Positions 28,623-44,400 of a stretch of 64,000 nt of DNA are shown here, piece by piece; the first letter of the stretch is position 1; every line of letters starts with the position of its first letter. Source of the DNA: the human T2T-CHM13v2.0 reference genome, Homo sapiens; assembly GCF_009914755.1 (NCBI RefSeq), contig NC_060926.1; one strand, 5' to 3'. Made by a program: the position numbers and the translations under genes. Below the pieces are notes generated by a model, which worked only from the letters and a program-made list of their open reading frames with translations, did not search any database and was not told the DNA's origin.

Positions 28623-29279
28623 CATTACATTGGGCAGATGACAGACTTTGTCCTCCCGGCTGGTTCCTCCAAAGCCAACTGGCCTGGGGGTTCTCTGTAC
28701 CAGGCTCTTGGACAATCAGCTTGTGTTGTACTGTTTCCTGAAAGTTGCAAATATTGTTGAATGTTAATTACATAATTTCACTTTTTCTAACCAGAAAGAG
28801 GAAAAGAGGAAGTGGGGAGGCAGAAAGTGAAGCTGCTGTGCATTTCTGCCTCCCTGGGCGCATCCACCGGGCTTTCTCCTACTTGGTTCATCACAATGTG
28901 AAACCATAATTAACTAATTCTGAGAACTTTTAAATGCTTGTGACTATACATGATCGGTGTGACTCTCTACAACAGATTTTGCAATTAATTGAAGTCACTG
29001 TTTCTGGAATAAGTCATATGGGATTCTTCCCTTTAGTAAGCTTTTTTGAGGTGGTATTTTTCTAATTTGGGAAATTTTAATTAGGCAGAAACCAAAGGCT
29101 GTTGACTTTGCGAGAGGCAAGCTAGCTCCCCAAGTGACTCTCTTGGTCAGAACCCATTGTCTTGTGTCTGGGGGATCCACGGTTCAGAATAAGACTTGAC
29201 TGAAGTTAAGTCTTGACTCAAGTTAAGCAGTGGAGAACACTTTTCTGCCCTCAGCCTTGCAGTTTCCCATGTGGTCCAA

Positions 29280-29335
29280 GGCAAGTCATGGCCTCTCTGG
29301 GCCTCAGTTTCCCCGTCTGTAAAATAATGGACTAA
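29280..29335. mobile_element. MIR core fragment
   Basis: GGCAAGTCA...CTCTCTGGGCCTCAGTTTCCCCGTCTGTAAAAT. Confidence 0.65.
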
Positions 29336-29374
29336 GTTTCTTATAGCCCTCTGGCTACTAGAATTCTAAGAGCC

Positions 29375-30240
<866 letters not shown>

Positions 30241-31268
30241 TCCTACTTCCCAGACCATGTGCATCTCTGGTAACTGAGGTGTTCAGTTGGGGGTGGAGGG
30301 GCTAAGGGGCTAAGCGTTCACCCATCCCTCACTTTTCAGAGATGTTATCCAGTTTATCCTCCTGCTTCAGCACTTATCCAACTCTTCTAGTTGTGCCTAA
30401 GAGCATTTTCGACATCTAGTTCCTAATGTGTTTATTCACACACACACATGCACGCACGCACACGTGTGTCAAACAATTCTGAGGCACACTGTTTCTTTTG
30501 CCTGCCCTCTGCTTTTTGTGACATGTCGAGTACACCTCTTGAAGCCTCTCCACAGTAGACTGAGTTCTCACCCTCTGGGGGCCGAGGCAGAGAGGGATTC
30601 ACGCTAAGCCTCCATGCTGCTTGCAGTCAGCCTCTAGATGAGAGCCAGGAGCATTTGCCATATCTGTAGTGGGGGAGTCTGGTACCTGATGGGAAGACAC
30701 ACAAGGGTGGCCCATGAGTGCACACCTCTCGCCTCCATCAGCAGGCTGTCCACAGCCCAGGGCTCGTCTGCCCGCTCGGTGGACCGCTTCAGGCTGGTTC
30801 TGGGCTCAGAGGCCCTCAAGGGGTTGGTGCCACCTCCAGAGTCATGGGATTCCTGCTCTTCGTGTGTGCAGGTGCTGCTCCCAGAAGACAGGGAGACACC
30901 TGGAGACATCAGGAGGGTGGCACTAACTTGTTCAGCACCAGTTGTGTGTTTTCCTTCGGTTGCTCATTTTTCTTTTCTTCCTCCCTGATCTGTGCACCCT
31001 TTACATGCTCCTCAGCCACCTGTGTTTGAGACACTGTCAAAACCGCCCACCCAAGAGGGATGGGCCAGAGAGCTGCTCTGAGTGCTCCCTCAGCCATGAC
31101 CCCATCCTGTTTCTTTTTAAGACATCATCACCTTTGTGGCATTATTCAGCCAGATTTTGAGACACTGATAGAAGCCCCAGAGATGGTGTTGGGCTCCAGG
31201 ATTGTTTGAATTTTCAGAATCCAAACTGAGGGATCAGGAGAACTTGGAGCAAATCCCAAAGGATCTCA

Positions 31269-31778
<510 letters not shown>

Positions 31779-32360
31779 TTAGTTAAGTTGTGCAGTCGGC
31801 TTGACAGGAACATGGGTCACCCTCAAGCCAGACACATCTTGGTCTCATGGCCCCCATCAGTCACCGCCGCAGGGGTTCTTCCCACAGCTGCCGAGGCGCA
31901 GAGCCCAGCTGCTTTGATTCATGAGCACGATATTCACATTCGTAGCACAGCACACTTGCTTTTCCTGGGGGATGCTCTGCTCTCCTTTCCGGCCACTTCT
32001 GCTTCGTGGTAACTAAATTGGAGGCTCTACCATGTCCAGCCTGTGCTCTGTATGCCTGGGGGGACACTGGAGCCAGCGCCCAGTGAGTGTAGGGTAACTA
32101 GAAAGGGCACCTCCATCACTGATTTTCCAACTGACTTTCAGAGACACCATCTGGATGCTCTGAGGCAAGTCGGCACCCTTAGGCGCCCGGTGGGGGTAGT
32201 GTTCCGCCCTTGTCTCCTCCACTCCTCCTCCCTATCTCTATCTCACTATCCCTGAAGGTGAGACCGTGGTGTCAGAGAATGCACTGAGTCAGCGTCCCTT
32301 TTAGCACACCTGCCACCACCTGACTAACAGCAAAGCCAGGCTTCCTGGTGAATCCCGTTA

Positions 32361-32650
32361 CAGCCGTCCCGTTTATCCATGGTTTCGCTTTTCGAAGTTT
32401 CAATTACAGACAGTCAACCACAGTCCAAAGTTATTAAATGGAAAATTCCAGAAGAAAAATTGATACATTTTAAATTGCACACCATTCTGAGTATCTTGAT
32501 GAAATCTCGAGCTGTCCCGCTCCATCCCCCCAGTCTCTGGGTCATCAGACAGAAAACACATACAGTATATATAGGGTTCCGTACCATCCTTGGGATCGAG
32601 CATCCGCTGGGGGTCTTGGTGTGTAACCCTGTGGATAAGGGGGCCTACTA
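32361..32650. mobile_element. MER44/Tigger7-type non-autonomous DNA transposon (TcMar)
   Basis: Degenerate TIRs CAGCCGTCCCGTTTATCCATGG and CTGTGGATAAGGGGGCCTACTA, TA on both flanks, internal TTAAATGGAAAATTCCAGAA. Confidence 0.8.
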
Positions 32651-32979
32651 TAATTTCATCCCACTGAGGTGCCATGGCCCAGGCCAGCAGGGACAGTCAC
32701 AGCTGTGGACGGAACACCACAACCACACGTGGACGGAACACAGCGGGACATCAGGCCAGTGTCTTACAGGTGGCAGTGGTGAACATCCAGTGAGCTGAAG
32801 TGGTGTTTACTAATGCAGGCCTTTCCGACCATCTGCTTCCAAAAGCTGACCATTCCAAGTCCAGCAATCATAAATAAAATAGCAAAATAATAACTCACTA
32901 AATTAAAATTGTAAACTTTTATATACCAAAAAACTATGACAATCAAAAATTTTAGAAGAACCAGGAAGAAAATATTTAC

Positions 32980-33750
32980 AATCTGTTTTGCAATGGGTTA
33001 ATGTTCTTACTAGAAAAAGGGCCTTTAAAAAATTTAAAAAGACAATTACCCCATATGGGCAAAAAATATGAATTCATAAAAGGAGAAATTCAGTTGGTCA
33101 ATAAACGCGTGAAGTGTTGAACTTCAACAATAATCTAAGGAATTAGAAATAAAACAGAAGGATATTATTTTTTATTAAATTGGAAAAAATACATAATTAT
33201 AAACCCCAGTATTGAGGAAGGTGGGGGAACCAGGCCATCCTATTTGCCAGAGGGAAGAAAAGCTGCACAAGCTTTCTAAAGGAATTTTGATGGTAGGTAA
33301 GAAAAGATCTAGGACTGGAAATACCCTTTGCATGAACAATTCCACTTCTAGGAATTATCTTAAGTGAATAATGGCAGAGCTGCCGAGCAACAAAGAAATT
33401 CATATCAGCTTCATTAATATTGGCGACAAAATTAAAATGTCCTGGGAAATAGGTGGGATAAACTCTGCTTGGTCCATATGCTGGAACACTATGCAGTCAG
33501 CAAATGTGTGTTGTAAGTGGATGTTTAATAAAGTGACGGCCATGATTGTAGGATGGAGCAGTTCATACGATCTCAGGTTGGAAGATCAAAGTGTGTGTGT
33601 GCATGCACGGGTGTGTTTGTCTGGAGAGACAGTGGCAAGAATGAATGTCTCTGGACCAAAAGTTGATGAAAGAGCTTCCTTTCCTTCTTATGTTTTTTTT
33701 TTTTAATTTCTAGATTTTCTACAGATGCCCTGTATTACTTCTGCAATTTG
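32980..33750 (+). mobile_element. Highly decayed L1ME-like fragments
   Basis: CAATTCCACTTCTAGGAATTATCTTAAG and related L1 3' motifs. Confidence 0.5.
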
Positions 33751-36700
33751 AGAACACAAATCCAGAGGTGCCCAGTGCTTTGTAAAGATAGTGTGGCAGG
33801 CACATGCTGACCGACCCTCCCTCCAGAGAAGGGCAACTACTCCCAGTCCCATCATAAGGTGGTGCAGTGAAAATACAGCTGCCATCCACATAGGAATGCC
33901 CTCACCGCAACCCCCACTCGGTGTTAGGACTTAGGTACTTGCTGAAGTAATACAAAAGAGTGGCCTTCAGAATATATTTTTGTATCTTCTGCAATCTACA
34001 TTAAAGATGCCCGTCCATCATTTTCAGAAGAGGCCTTTCGTGTTAGGATAATTCAGAAGGATGCACCCGGAATGTACCAGCGCGGCTCCCTGATGGAGCT
34101 GGCGACGTCCTTTGGCAGTGAGGGCTGTGCGGTTTCAGCTCTCCTGGCTGGCCTTTACCCGCTGGGCAGTTCCCAAATGGCGCTTCATGATGGGACTGGC
34201 GCTCATCCTCACACTGTTAGTGTTAGCATCCTCATTTCTTCTGCCTTTTTTTCACTCCTCTCTACGTAGTTGGGGATATCTGTTGTTAACCATAAACCAC
34301 TTCAGCTTTGGGGAAGCAAGTGGGAAAAAACCTCAATGAACCCCTTAGCTGTTCCCCGAACCCAAATTGAGAAGAGGTGCTTTGACCCCGACTCACTCAG
34401 TGGAGCTAGAAAAAGCCCTTTCTTAGCTACTAGAGACGTTTTATTCACTTTTTACCAGGATCAAAAATGAAAACCACGTGTCCCCCTGGCCTTGTATGAT
34501 GAATGACAAATGTGTGGGACTGAGGAGAGGTCGGCCGTAGAGTAGGTCTACCCCCTATCCTGGGGGCATCCCTGTGTGCCAGCTTCTCCAGAACCTACAG
34601 GGAGGAAGCACCAGGCGGCACCTCCCCAGAGGCTGGAGACCAACCAGGCACAGAATCTCTCATTTCCTTTCAGATTCTTCGCCATAATCTAATTTTCGTT
34701 AAGCCTGTCTTCCTTTACACCCTGGGCTACATTTGACGCATATTTCTGGCAAATTCTGGGACCACCTTTGCCAGATGACCAAATCCTTTTCGGAGAGATG
34801 ACTGAAATATTTGTAAGTTTCCATCAGCATGGGGGGAAGGGGCTGGAGGTGAGGGGGGACCTCTCGGGCTGTGCCGTGGTATCCTCTCTTCTCCACATTA
34901 CACCCCAAGCACGCGACTGTGAGCGGCGATCGGGGCCTGATCCTCAGTTCGAAGACACAGATGCTCACTGCTGTAGAGACATAAAGAAACCAAGAGGTTA
35001 ACTGCCAGGGTTAGTCCCCTCCGCGGGCCTCCTGCATGAATCAGAGCCGACTGGGAGCAGGAGTGACTCAGAGCCGTGGCTTTTTGTCCTCTGGCTGTGC
35101 AAATAAACAGAGCAGGAAGGTTTGAATGGGCCAGGCCTGGAGCAGAGTGCAGGGTTGGAGGCGGCTCCCAGTTCCAAGGCGCGCCCCACCCGGCCCCCAG
35201 GCCAGGTCAGCCTGGGGAGGGGAGAACTAAGGGCACCAGGCAGCCCACCCGGCCCGGCCAAGACCAGCAGGACAGGGGCCCAGAGGCTGGTACCCTCCGA
35301 GGTGCGGGAGAAGAGGAGGTGGGAGGGTGCGGGGCCGTGGCTTGCTCTGTGGGGACACTGCCCTGGGGTCCACCCTGCCGCGGGGTCCACTTGGTATAGG
35401 CACCCACCAGGCCTGCACCCTACCCTGGGAAACACCTGTGGGGCTGTCCCCTTCTCTGAGCATCTGTGAGGGGTTTTCCTCTCCTTAGGGACCCCTGGAA
35501 GGTCCAGAGTGCAGGGTGTGTGGCCAGGCCAGGCCTGGAGATCCGCCAGGAGCAGAGAGCTCCGGAAGGCCTGCCGGGAGGACCTGGAGGATGCATCTAC
35601 TGCCAGGCTCGGTGGGCCTGGCCACCCGAGGGGCCTCTTCTCTCCCCCTGCAAACTGACATAAAGGGTTTGAGAAACGATGGCAAAGCCACACGGGGTCA
35701 CTCCACTCGTTGAAAGTCCACCCAGCAAGCATGCAAGCACTGGGCAAGCAAAATTATTTTCATCCTCAGAATGGTCCAGTGAGCTGGGTGCTTTCACCCC
35801 CATTTCACAGCAGGGGAAACTGAGGGACCTACGTAACTCCTCAGCTGAGAGCATAGACAGAGCTGTGGGCAGAGCCAGGAAGCAAACCCAGCCAGTCCAA
35901 TTATCTAAAAAATGAGATTTTTCCCTCCATGCCAAGTATGGCCCCATCCTACTGAGTCGGGTCATTATGTCAGGGCTCTCTGCTTTAAACGACGGTGCAC
36001 AGGGACCTCCCCATGCAGCAGGGAGTACCCCGGAGAGTGAGGGGGGCCTGGATCCAGCCGGGCACCTGTTGGCGTTCCTACACCCCTGCAGTCTGCTCTC
36101 AGGTGCTCCTGTGTTGGGAGCAAGGCCTGAGGCGCTCGTGTCAGGATTCCCTGCGGGAGATCGGGTAGCTTCAGCCTGGGCACAGAAGCCTCTGGGTCCA
36201 GAAGTGAGCAGATCAAACCCCTGCCCTACTCACGTCACCCACCTGGCGTCTCCTGGCTTTGGGTGGCCCAGCCACATGCCTGCAGGTTGAGTCTTTGAAT
36301 TTGCAGGGCCAGGGCCAGCTGTGCCATCTGGTCTTTTGGAACTTTTTTTTTTTTTTGCTGTGGCATTAGACAGGCATCCCCTAACCCAGAGAACCCTCAC
36401 TACCACTGCTCAGAGGTCCCTTTTTATACGTGGTGCCAGTGAATACACCAATTTAGATGCTCTGTGTAGGTAGGAAGCAATCCCCACAGTCTGTGCGATG
36501 TCACCTTGTGTGGTGGAAATGCCATTCGCTGTGATGAACCCTTTCCAGTCACTCCACCGTACAGTGCCCCGCCGGGGTCGGATCGGCCCTTCTTCCTGGT
36601 CCCATCTCCCGGGATCTGCTGTCCCCTCTTCAGGCCCTTCTTTGTGTGGTTAGCCTGGGGTACCTTTCCCAGTCACTGATCTGACTCCGTCGCTTAACCT

Positions 36701-37028
36701 GTTAATGGAATAGCATGGACGATGCACCCCACACTGCATCTGGTGTTACTGGGACCCACTGAATGTAGGTTCCTTTACCCCCATTTCACCTGCTGCCAGC
36801 AGGATGGCCAGGCCTGCCAGGCACCGCCCAGGTTCCCCATGGCACGGGCCCTGCCTGCTCTTCTGTGAGCTGCCTCTGAGCCCTGGGCACCCTCCATGGC
36901 GAGCTCCCCAGGCCAGGAGCATGTCTGTCCTTTTCACCCTGTACCCAGCACTTGGAGCAGTTGCCAGTAAGAACAGGGGTGAGGAGATGAGCAAACCCAC
37001 ATGCTTGTTCTTAAAGCATGGCACCTTC

Positions 37029-37428
<400 letters not shown>

Positions 37429-38021
37429 CTAACCACCCTGCTGGCATTTGTGGTGACTCCTGAGGCCTCGTATATCCCCTAGCGGCCTGGCAGCTGCGAC
37501 GGTTTGTCTGCCTGTCACCCCGGGAGCACCTTCAGGACTGTGTCCTTGTCATGTATCCGGATGCCCGGCTCAGCCCATGCCCTGCACAAGTGGGGGTCAT
37601 GGAGGGAGCCTCTGTTTCCCCACCAAGTACACCAAGAAACTACACTGTGTCTGATGCAAACGCATGTTTTCTGTGCATCTGTGATTTACAATTCCCTGGC
37701 TGCCTTCCAAGCAGAACGCACCTGGCAGCCTGGGGGTCTTGTGTTTGCCCCAAACAGAGGAGCCAGCCTCTTGTTTCGAGGGCCTTTTCCGTCCTCGAAG
37801 CCAGCAGCTGGAGGGAAGGAGGCTGGCTGTAACATTGGAGGGGCCACAACCCCCGAATTTCTTCTGCAGAAGAGAAGGGGTAGAGGTGGAGAAAGAGGGA
37901 GAGGGAGGCAGGGAGGGAGGGGGAAGCCACTGTACAGCCTAGCCTGGAGACATCTTGGGGGAAAGTGATTCATCTGATCTGGGATGGAAGATTATTCTGG
38001 GGAGTAAAATGTCCTGCCTTC

Positions 38022-38022
<1 letters not shown>

Positions 38023-38074
<52 letters not shown>
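38023..38074. repeat. (AC)26 microsatellite
   Basis: Directly visible. Confidence 0.95.
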
Positions 38075-38076
<2 letters not shown>

Positions 38077-40334
38077 CTCAGTAAAATACCCAGTTCTCAC
38101 CAGGCTTTATGCAGTGGCTCTGGGGGCAGGGGCACAATAAAGAGAAGTCCCAGCCAGCTCCCGGGGTGGTGTGGGCTGAGGAAGAGGCTGGGAGGAGAGA
38201 GTTGTGGCTGGGAACCCTTTGATAAACAGGAAAGAATATTTTCACTTTGGCACAGGCCTGGCACGGAGGAGCTGTCAGCAAGCAGGCGTCCGAAGATTGA
38301 GATCACAGAGGGGTGGCCGAGGCTGGGGCACAGGCTGGATGCAAGGCAGATGCCACATGGAACCCTTAGGTATTGAGTGCCCTGAAACTAGAAACTGAAA
38401 AGGCAGTCACATCCTCATCAGAAAGAAATTGATGGTGAGTTAGGAGGCCAGGAGGGAAGCAGCCGTTCCCAGAGCTGAGGGGCATCCCTCGAAGGCGGGA
38501 GGGAGAGAAGTGGGAGGCAAAGGCTGGGGATGGCCGGATGGCCCTGGGACCAGCAGAAGGAGCAGGTGGGCTGAAGAATGTGTTGGAGCAGAGACTGTGG
38601 TCAGCAGAAGGCATGAGAGGGGCCACCCTCCTGCATGTAGTGAGGCTCGGGAAACGTGGAACGAAAGAAAGATAGAAAAAATAAATGCAGTATAATGGAA
38701 GTTCCAAGGAACACTGCAGTTAGGAAGGTGGCTGGCATTCCGGAATTACCTCCCTGACCAGTGCAGTGCCCCACAAAGGTGGCATCCCTCACACATCAGC
38801 CCCGTGCCCTGGGTTCCCTCTGGGTGCACCTGCCCAGGAGGTCGGGCTTTCTGCACGTGGCTCCCAGGGGCTCTGCTGAGAAGCCCTTAGACATCGTCTA
38901 GTACAGCCCCTGGGCCCTCTCTGGGGTGCAGACAAGCTGGTGAGCTCCAGGTCTCAAACCTGACTGCCCAAGTGCCGGGAGCCCCCCGCCCCCCAGCCTG
39001 CTCTGGTAAGCGTCGGGCATCTGTCCAGATGACACAGCTAAGCAGGGTTTGGAAGAACAAAAAACAAAACCCAAGCCTGCCCACTTCGGACAGGGGCAGG
39101 GTGGAGAGCCTCAGTGGGGGATGGGGGACTGGCTAAGTCAGGCAGACTCAAGGGGTATGGCCAGACGGATCCCAGTCTCCTCCCATTCCACGTCCCTACA
39201 TCATTCTATGGGACCACAGGAAACCAAACTGGCCCTTCTTGAGACAGAGATGGAAGATGCTGTTTCCCACAGTGGACACCAAGCAGTCCTGGCTGTGACT
39301 GTGTCTGTGGGACAAGCCGTGTTCCAAGGTTGGTGACTGTCCGTGATCACCAGCTGCCACCATGACCAGTATCCTCTGTTGCCCACACACTCGGGCATTG
39401 TTGGCTGGGCTCAGTGTGGTGCCAGTGTGGGCTGATCCACAGGCATGGTAGGGCCGGGACACAAGCCCACGGCTCAGCAAGGCTGGAGGGAGCGCTGCGT
39501 GCCGGCCGGTGCAGGGGCTTGTGTCCATTTGATTCTCAAGATGGTCCAGTGATGGAGGTGGCATCCACCTGCATTCTCTCGCATTTTCTAGAGAAAGGAA
39601 GTTCATCTCAGAGGGGTCAGTTGGCATCGGTGTCTGGGTTGTGAGAGACAGTGTCGTCCGCACCAGCATCAGGCAGCAGATGGCACGGGTAGGTGCGCGG
39701 GCAGCAAATGCTTGGCAGTTTAAGTGGTTTCCTTGCAAAGGACGAGGCTGGGGAGCACGCCACTGAGAGAAAGGCATCGACTCCTGCAAAGCCTGCTTCC
39801 GAAGCGAGCAACGTGGACTTGTTTGCACAGAATGGGAAATAGGTCCAAGTGCGGTGAGGAGTACTTTAAAGAAGGGATTTCACAAGCGGTGCTGGCACAG
39901 GCCACTGCAGCTTGTTTACTGCCACGGAGATGGAATTTCATACTTTCAAAAGGAACAATCTGGGATCTCTCAATAAAACTTCCAGGGCACAGGCAAGGAA
40001 AACAAAAATAGACAAATGGGACTACGTCGAACTTAAAAACTCCTTTGTATCGAAGAACACAACAATGAAATGACAACCTGTGGAATGGGAGAAAGTATCG
40101 GCAAATTATCCATCTGATAGGAGAGAACTATCCAGAAGAGATGCAGGACTCCTATGATTCAACAATAAAAATTAGATAGCCTGCATAAAAGTAGGCAAAG
40201 GCCTTAAATAGGCATTTCTACAAAGATGATATACAAATGGCCAACAAGCACATGAAAAGATGCTTGACACTACCACCCATCAGAGAAATGCAGATCCAAC
40301 CAGAAAGAGGTACCAGCTCACACCTATGAGGTTG

Positions 40335-40620
40335 CCTACTCATGCCTGCAGTCCCAGCATTCTGGGAGGCTGAGGCGGGAGGATTGCTTGAGGCCAAGAG
40401 TTTGAGGCCAACCTGGGCAACCTAGTGAGATGCCATCTGTACAAAAATGAAAATAAAAAAGTAGCAGGGTGTGGCGGCCTATGCCTATAATCCTAGCTAC
40501 TTGAGAGGCTGAGGCAGGAGGATCACTTGAGTCCAGGAGTTTGAGGTTACAGTGAGCTATGCACACCACTGCACTCCAGCCTGAGCAACAGAGTGAGACT
40601 GTGTCTCAAAACAAACACAG
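40335..40620 (+). mobile_element. AluJ-like SINE, slightly 5'-truncated
   Basis: GGAGGATTGCTTGAGGCCAAGAGTTTGAGG...GGAGGATCACTTGAGTCCAGGAGTTTGAGGTTACAGTGAGCTATG. Confidence 0.9.
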
Positions 40621-40763
40621 AAAATAAATGTTGGTGAGGATGTGGAGAAATTGGAATCATTGGGCACTGCTGGTGGGAATGTAAACCAGTGCTATAGAAG
40701 ACAGTACGGAGGGTCCTCAAAAAATAAAATGCAGAACAAACAAAACGACAAAACGTGGTGTGT

Positions 40764-42665
40764 ACACAGACACACCATACACCCCCCACACACCACACCC
40801 CATACACACCACACACCACACACACACCACAAACCCCACACACACCACACACCCCACACACACCACACCCCACACACACCACACACCCCACACACACCAC
40901 ACACCCTACACACCCCACACACACCACACCCCACACACACCACACCCCATACACACCACACCCCACACACACCACACACCCCACACACACCACACACCCC
41001 ACACACACCACACCCCATACACACCACACCCCACACACACCACACCCCACACACACCACACACCCCACACACACCACACCCCATACACACCACACCCCAC
41101 ACACACCACACACCCTACACACCCCACACACACCACACCCCACACACACCACACCCCATACACACCACACCCCACACACACCACACACCCCACACACACC
41201 ACACACCCCACACACACCACACCCCACACACACCACACCCCACACACACCACACCCCATACACACCACACCCCACACACACCACACACCCCACACACACC
41301 ACACAAACCACACACCCTACACACCCCACACACACCACACACACACATCACATACCACACACACATCACATACCACACACAAACCACACACCACACACAC
41401 ACCACACACCCCACACACACATCACATACCACACACAAACCACACACCCAACACACACATCACACACCACACACCCCACACACACATCACATACCACACA
41501 CAAACCACACACCCTACACACACCACACACCCCACACACACATCACACACCACACACACCACACACACCCCACACACACCACACACACACATCACATACC
41601 ACACACCCGACACACGCCACACACACACCACACACCCCACGCACACATCACATACCACACACAAACCACACACCCTACACACACCACACACCCCACACAC
41701 ACCACACACACACACCACACACACATCACATACCACACACAAACCACACACCCAACACACACATCACACACCACACACCCCACACACACATCACATACCA
41801 CACACAAACCACACACCCCCACACACCCCACACACCCCACACACACCACACACCCCACACACACACCACACACCCCACACACACATCACATACCACACAC
41901 AAACCACACACCCCACACACCCCACACACCACACACACCACACACACATCACATACCACACACAAACCACACACCCTACACACACCACACACCCCACACA
42001 CACCACACACCCGACACACGCCACACACACACCACACACCCCACGCACACATCACATACCACACACAAACCACACACCCTACACACCCCACACACCCCAC
42101 ACACACCACACACCACACACCCCACACACACACCACACACCCCACACACACATCACATACCACACACAAACCACACCCCCCCACACACACAGCACACACC
42201 ACACACAAACCACGCACCCCATGCACACACCACACACCACATCCCACACACTCCCCACACACATCACATACCACACACAAGCCACACAACCCCCCACACA
42301 CCACACCCCACACACACAGTACACACTACACACAAACCACACACCCCATGCACACACCACACACCCCACACACACCACACCCCCACACGCCACACACACA
42401 CCTTACCCCACACACACCACACACACACCACATACACACCACATCCCTCCCACACACACCACACACACACCACACCCCACACATACCCCCCAAACCCCAC
42501 ACCCCACACACACCACATCCTCCCACACACCACACACACACCCCACTCTGACACACACCACACACACAGCACACCCCACTCACACACATCACACCCACCA
42601 CACACCCCACACACAAACACCCCCCCCACACACACCATCACCCCCCCCAACACACACACACACAC
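40764..42665. repeat. About 1.9-kb C/A-rich compound minisatellite (VNTR-like)
   Basis: Almost only C and A. 17/19-bp CACACCACAC(AC)CCCA(T/C)A units first, then longer units containing ACATCACATACCACACACAAACCACACACC. Confidence 0.95.
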
Positions 42666-43942
42666 GATGGAATGTCATTCTGCCTTTAAAAAGGAAGGTT
42701 GTCTCGATAGGGACCATAGCATGGATGAACCCTGAGGACACGGTGCTGAGTGAACTAAGCTGGTCACAGACAAACACTCTATGACTCCACTTACACGGGG
42801 AACCTCGTGCAGCCGGATTCATAGAGACGGAAGGCAGAACGATGGCTGCCGGGGGCCGAGGGGAGGAGTGGGAAGTGCGTGTTTAGTGGGGACAGAGTCT
42901 CAGTCTGAGAGGAGAAAAAGAGTTCTGGAGATGATGGTGGTTAAGGTCACACAGCAGCGTGAATGTCCTTAATGCCACAGAACTCTACGCTTCAAAACGT
43001 TAAGACGGTCAATTTTATGTCGTGTATTTTACCAGGATTAAATTATTTCCGGGGATGTTTCTGCCATATTAACCGGAAGGCAGGTGACTCCTGGGCTGGG
43101 GGGGTCCCACAGTGGGTCCTGCCTGCCCCCATGCTCTCTATCCCACTAGCAGTCCCTGGCCAAGAGTCCCGGGCCACTTTATGCCCTCAGACTTGTTGCT
43201 CATTTAACCTTAGTCCAAGTGGGTGGTGTTCCAGGGTGAGATTTGGGCTGGACACTGGGCTGAGCTATGTAGGCCAGGATGAGGGCCATGCCAGTGTAGG
43301 GGGATTGCAAGGCCAGAGGAGTGGTCTCAGGTGCACCACCCTGTGCACATCAGGGCTTCCAGCACGTTCTACTTGGAAGTGATGCTTACAGATTCTCAAG
43401 AAGGTTGAATCCAAACCCTTGTAAAAATTGGGTCCTGTTGAGTGTCTTTTTCTTTGTCTGCATTTAGATCTAGTAACATTTTGGCCAACGCTGTGCAGGG
43501 AAGGGCGATGCTCTTTCTTTTCCAAGAATTGGGGTTAATTGTCCATGAATTTGATACAAATATGAGTCTTCAAGGTCATTCTGATGAAAGCTTTCAGGCA
43601 TTTTTGAAGCTGTGAGTTATTAAATACGTAGCATCTACCCATGGGGGGAAGTAGGGCACAGGCCTAGCCACGGAGCAGGTACAGTTGCCACTAAACCCCT
43701 GGCACCAGGACGATTTACTGGACAGGTGACCAGTGTTGTTCCCATTCTGCAGATGGAAAGTCTGGAGGTCACGGGCATACGGCCCAGAGGCACACGCTCC
43801 GCAGATGGTTTTGCGTAGCTGGTATCATGTGGGGCAGCTGCAGGGTCCTTCGTGTTGCCCTCACATTTACTGAGTCCTGGCTGTTTGCAGTCCTTCTGCT
43901 GGGTGCTGGAGACATAAGAATGACTAGAATCTGTCTCTCCTG

Positions 43943-44016
43943 TGGAGGACTCACCATTCACATCCAGCCAAGGAAACAATGGAGGACTCACCATCCACAT
44001 CCAGCCAAGGAGACAA
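43943..44016. repeat. 37-bp tandem duplication
   Basis: TGGAGGACTCACCAT(T/C)CACATCCAGCCAAGGA(A/G)ACAA twice, 2 mismatches. Confidence 0.9.
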
Positions 44017-44149
44017 ATCTACTGACAGCCATTCATAACACTGCATGTAGCTGTTGTACAACAATGGTTAGCAAACAAAGAAGACAAGGATGCCTCCTCC
44101 TGGACACAGTAGGGAGGCCAGACCAAGGGGTGGCACTTTGGTGGATCTG

Positions 44150-44400
44150 TCGTTCAATCAACAAATACTTGTTGAGAGCCTCCCACGTGCTGGGCTCCAC
44201 ATTAGAGACCGGGATGTGGCGGGGAAGAAGTCAAGGCAGTTCCTGTCACCATGAAGCTTGCCATGGGAGGGGAGGGGAGGGCAGGCAGGAAACACACAAG
44301 ACAGCAGATGTGGGCTTGCTGACCACGGGTGCTGAGAAGGAAGCAAGAAGATGGGGAAGGACATCTGAAGAAATGACGCTTGAGCAGAGAATGAATGGAG
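44150..44400 (-). mobile_element. L2 3'-end fragment
   Basis: TTCAATCAACAAATACTTGTTGAGAGCCTCCCACGTGCTGGG matches the L2 tail in antisense. Confidence 0.55.

Larger units (their letters stand above)
39985..43040 (+). mobile_element. L1MB-like 3' fragment, interrupted by an AluJ and a C/A-rich array
   Basis: GACAAATGGGACTAC...AACTTAAAAACT; AAATGGCCAACAAGCACATGAAAAGATGCT; TGTTGGTGAGGATGTGGAGAAATTGGAA; resumes ATGGAATGTCATTCTGCCTTTAAAAAGGAAGG after 42665. Confidence 0.85.

Noticed and set aside
32705-32741. Direct repeat GTGGACGGAACAC x2; similar short duplications at 59866-59890 and 60918-60964
   Set aside because: Two-copy local slippage duplications; not a repeat-spacer (CRISPR-like) array.
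40547-42784. 600-700-aa His/Thr/Pro ORFs and Cys/Val/Gly/Trp antisense ORFs
   Set aside because: A nearly pure C/A repeat almost never encodes stop codons; artefact of the VNTR inside an L1.
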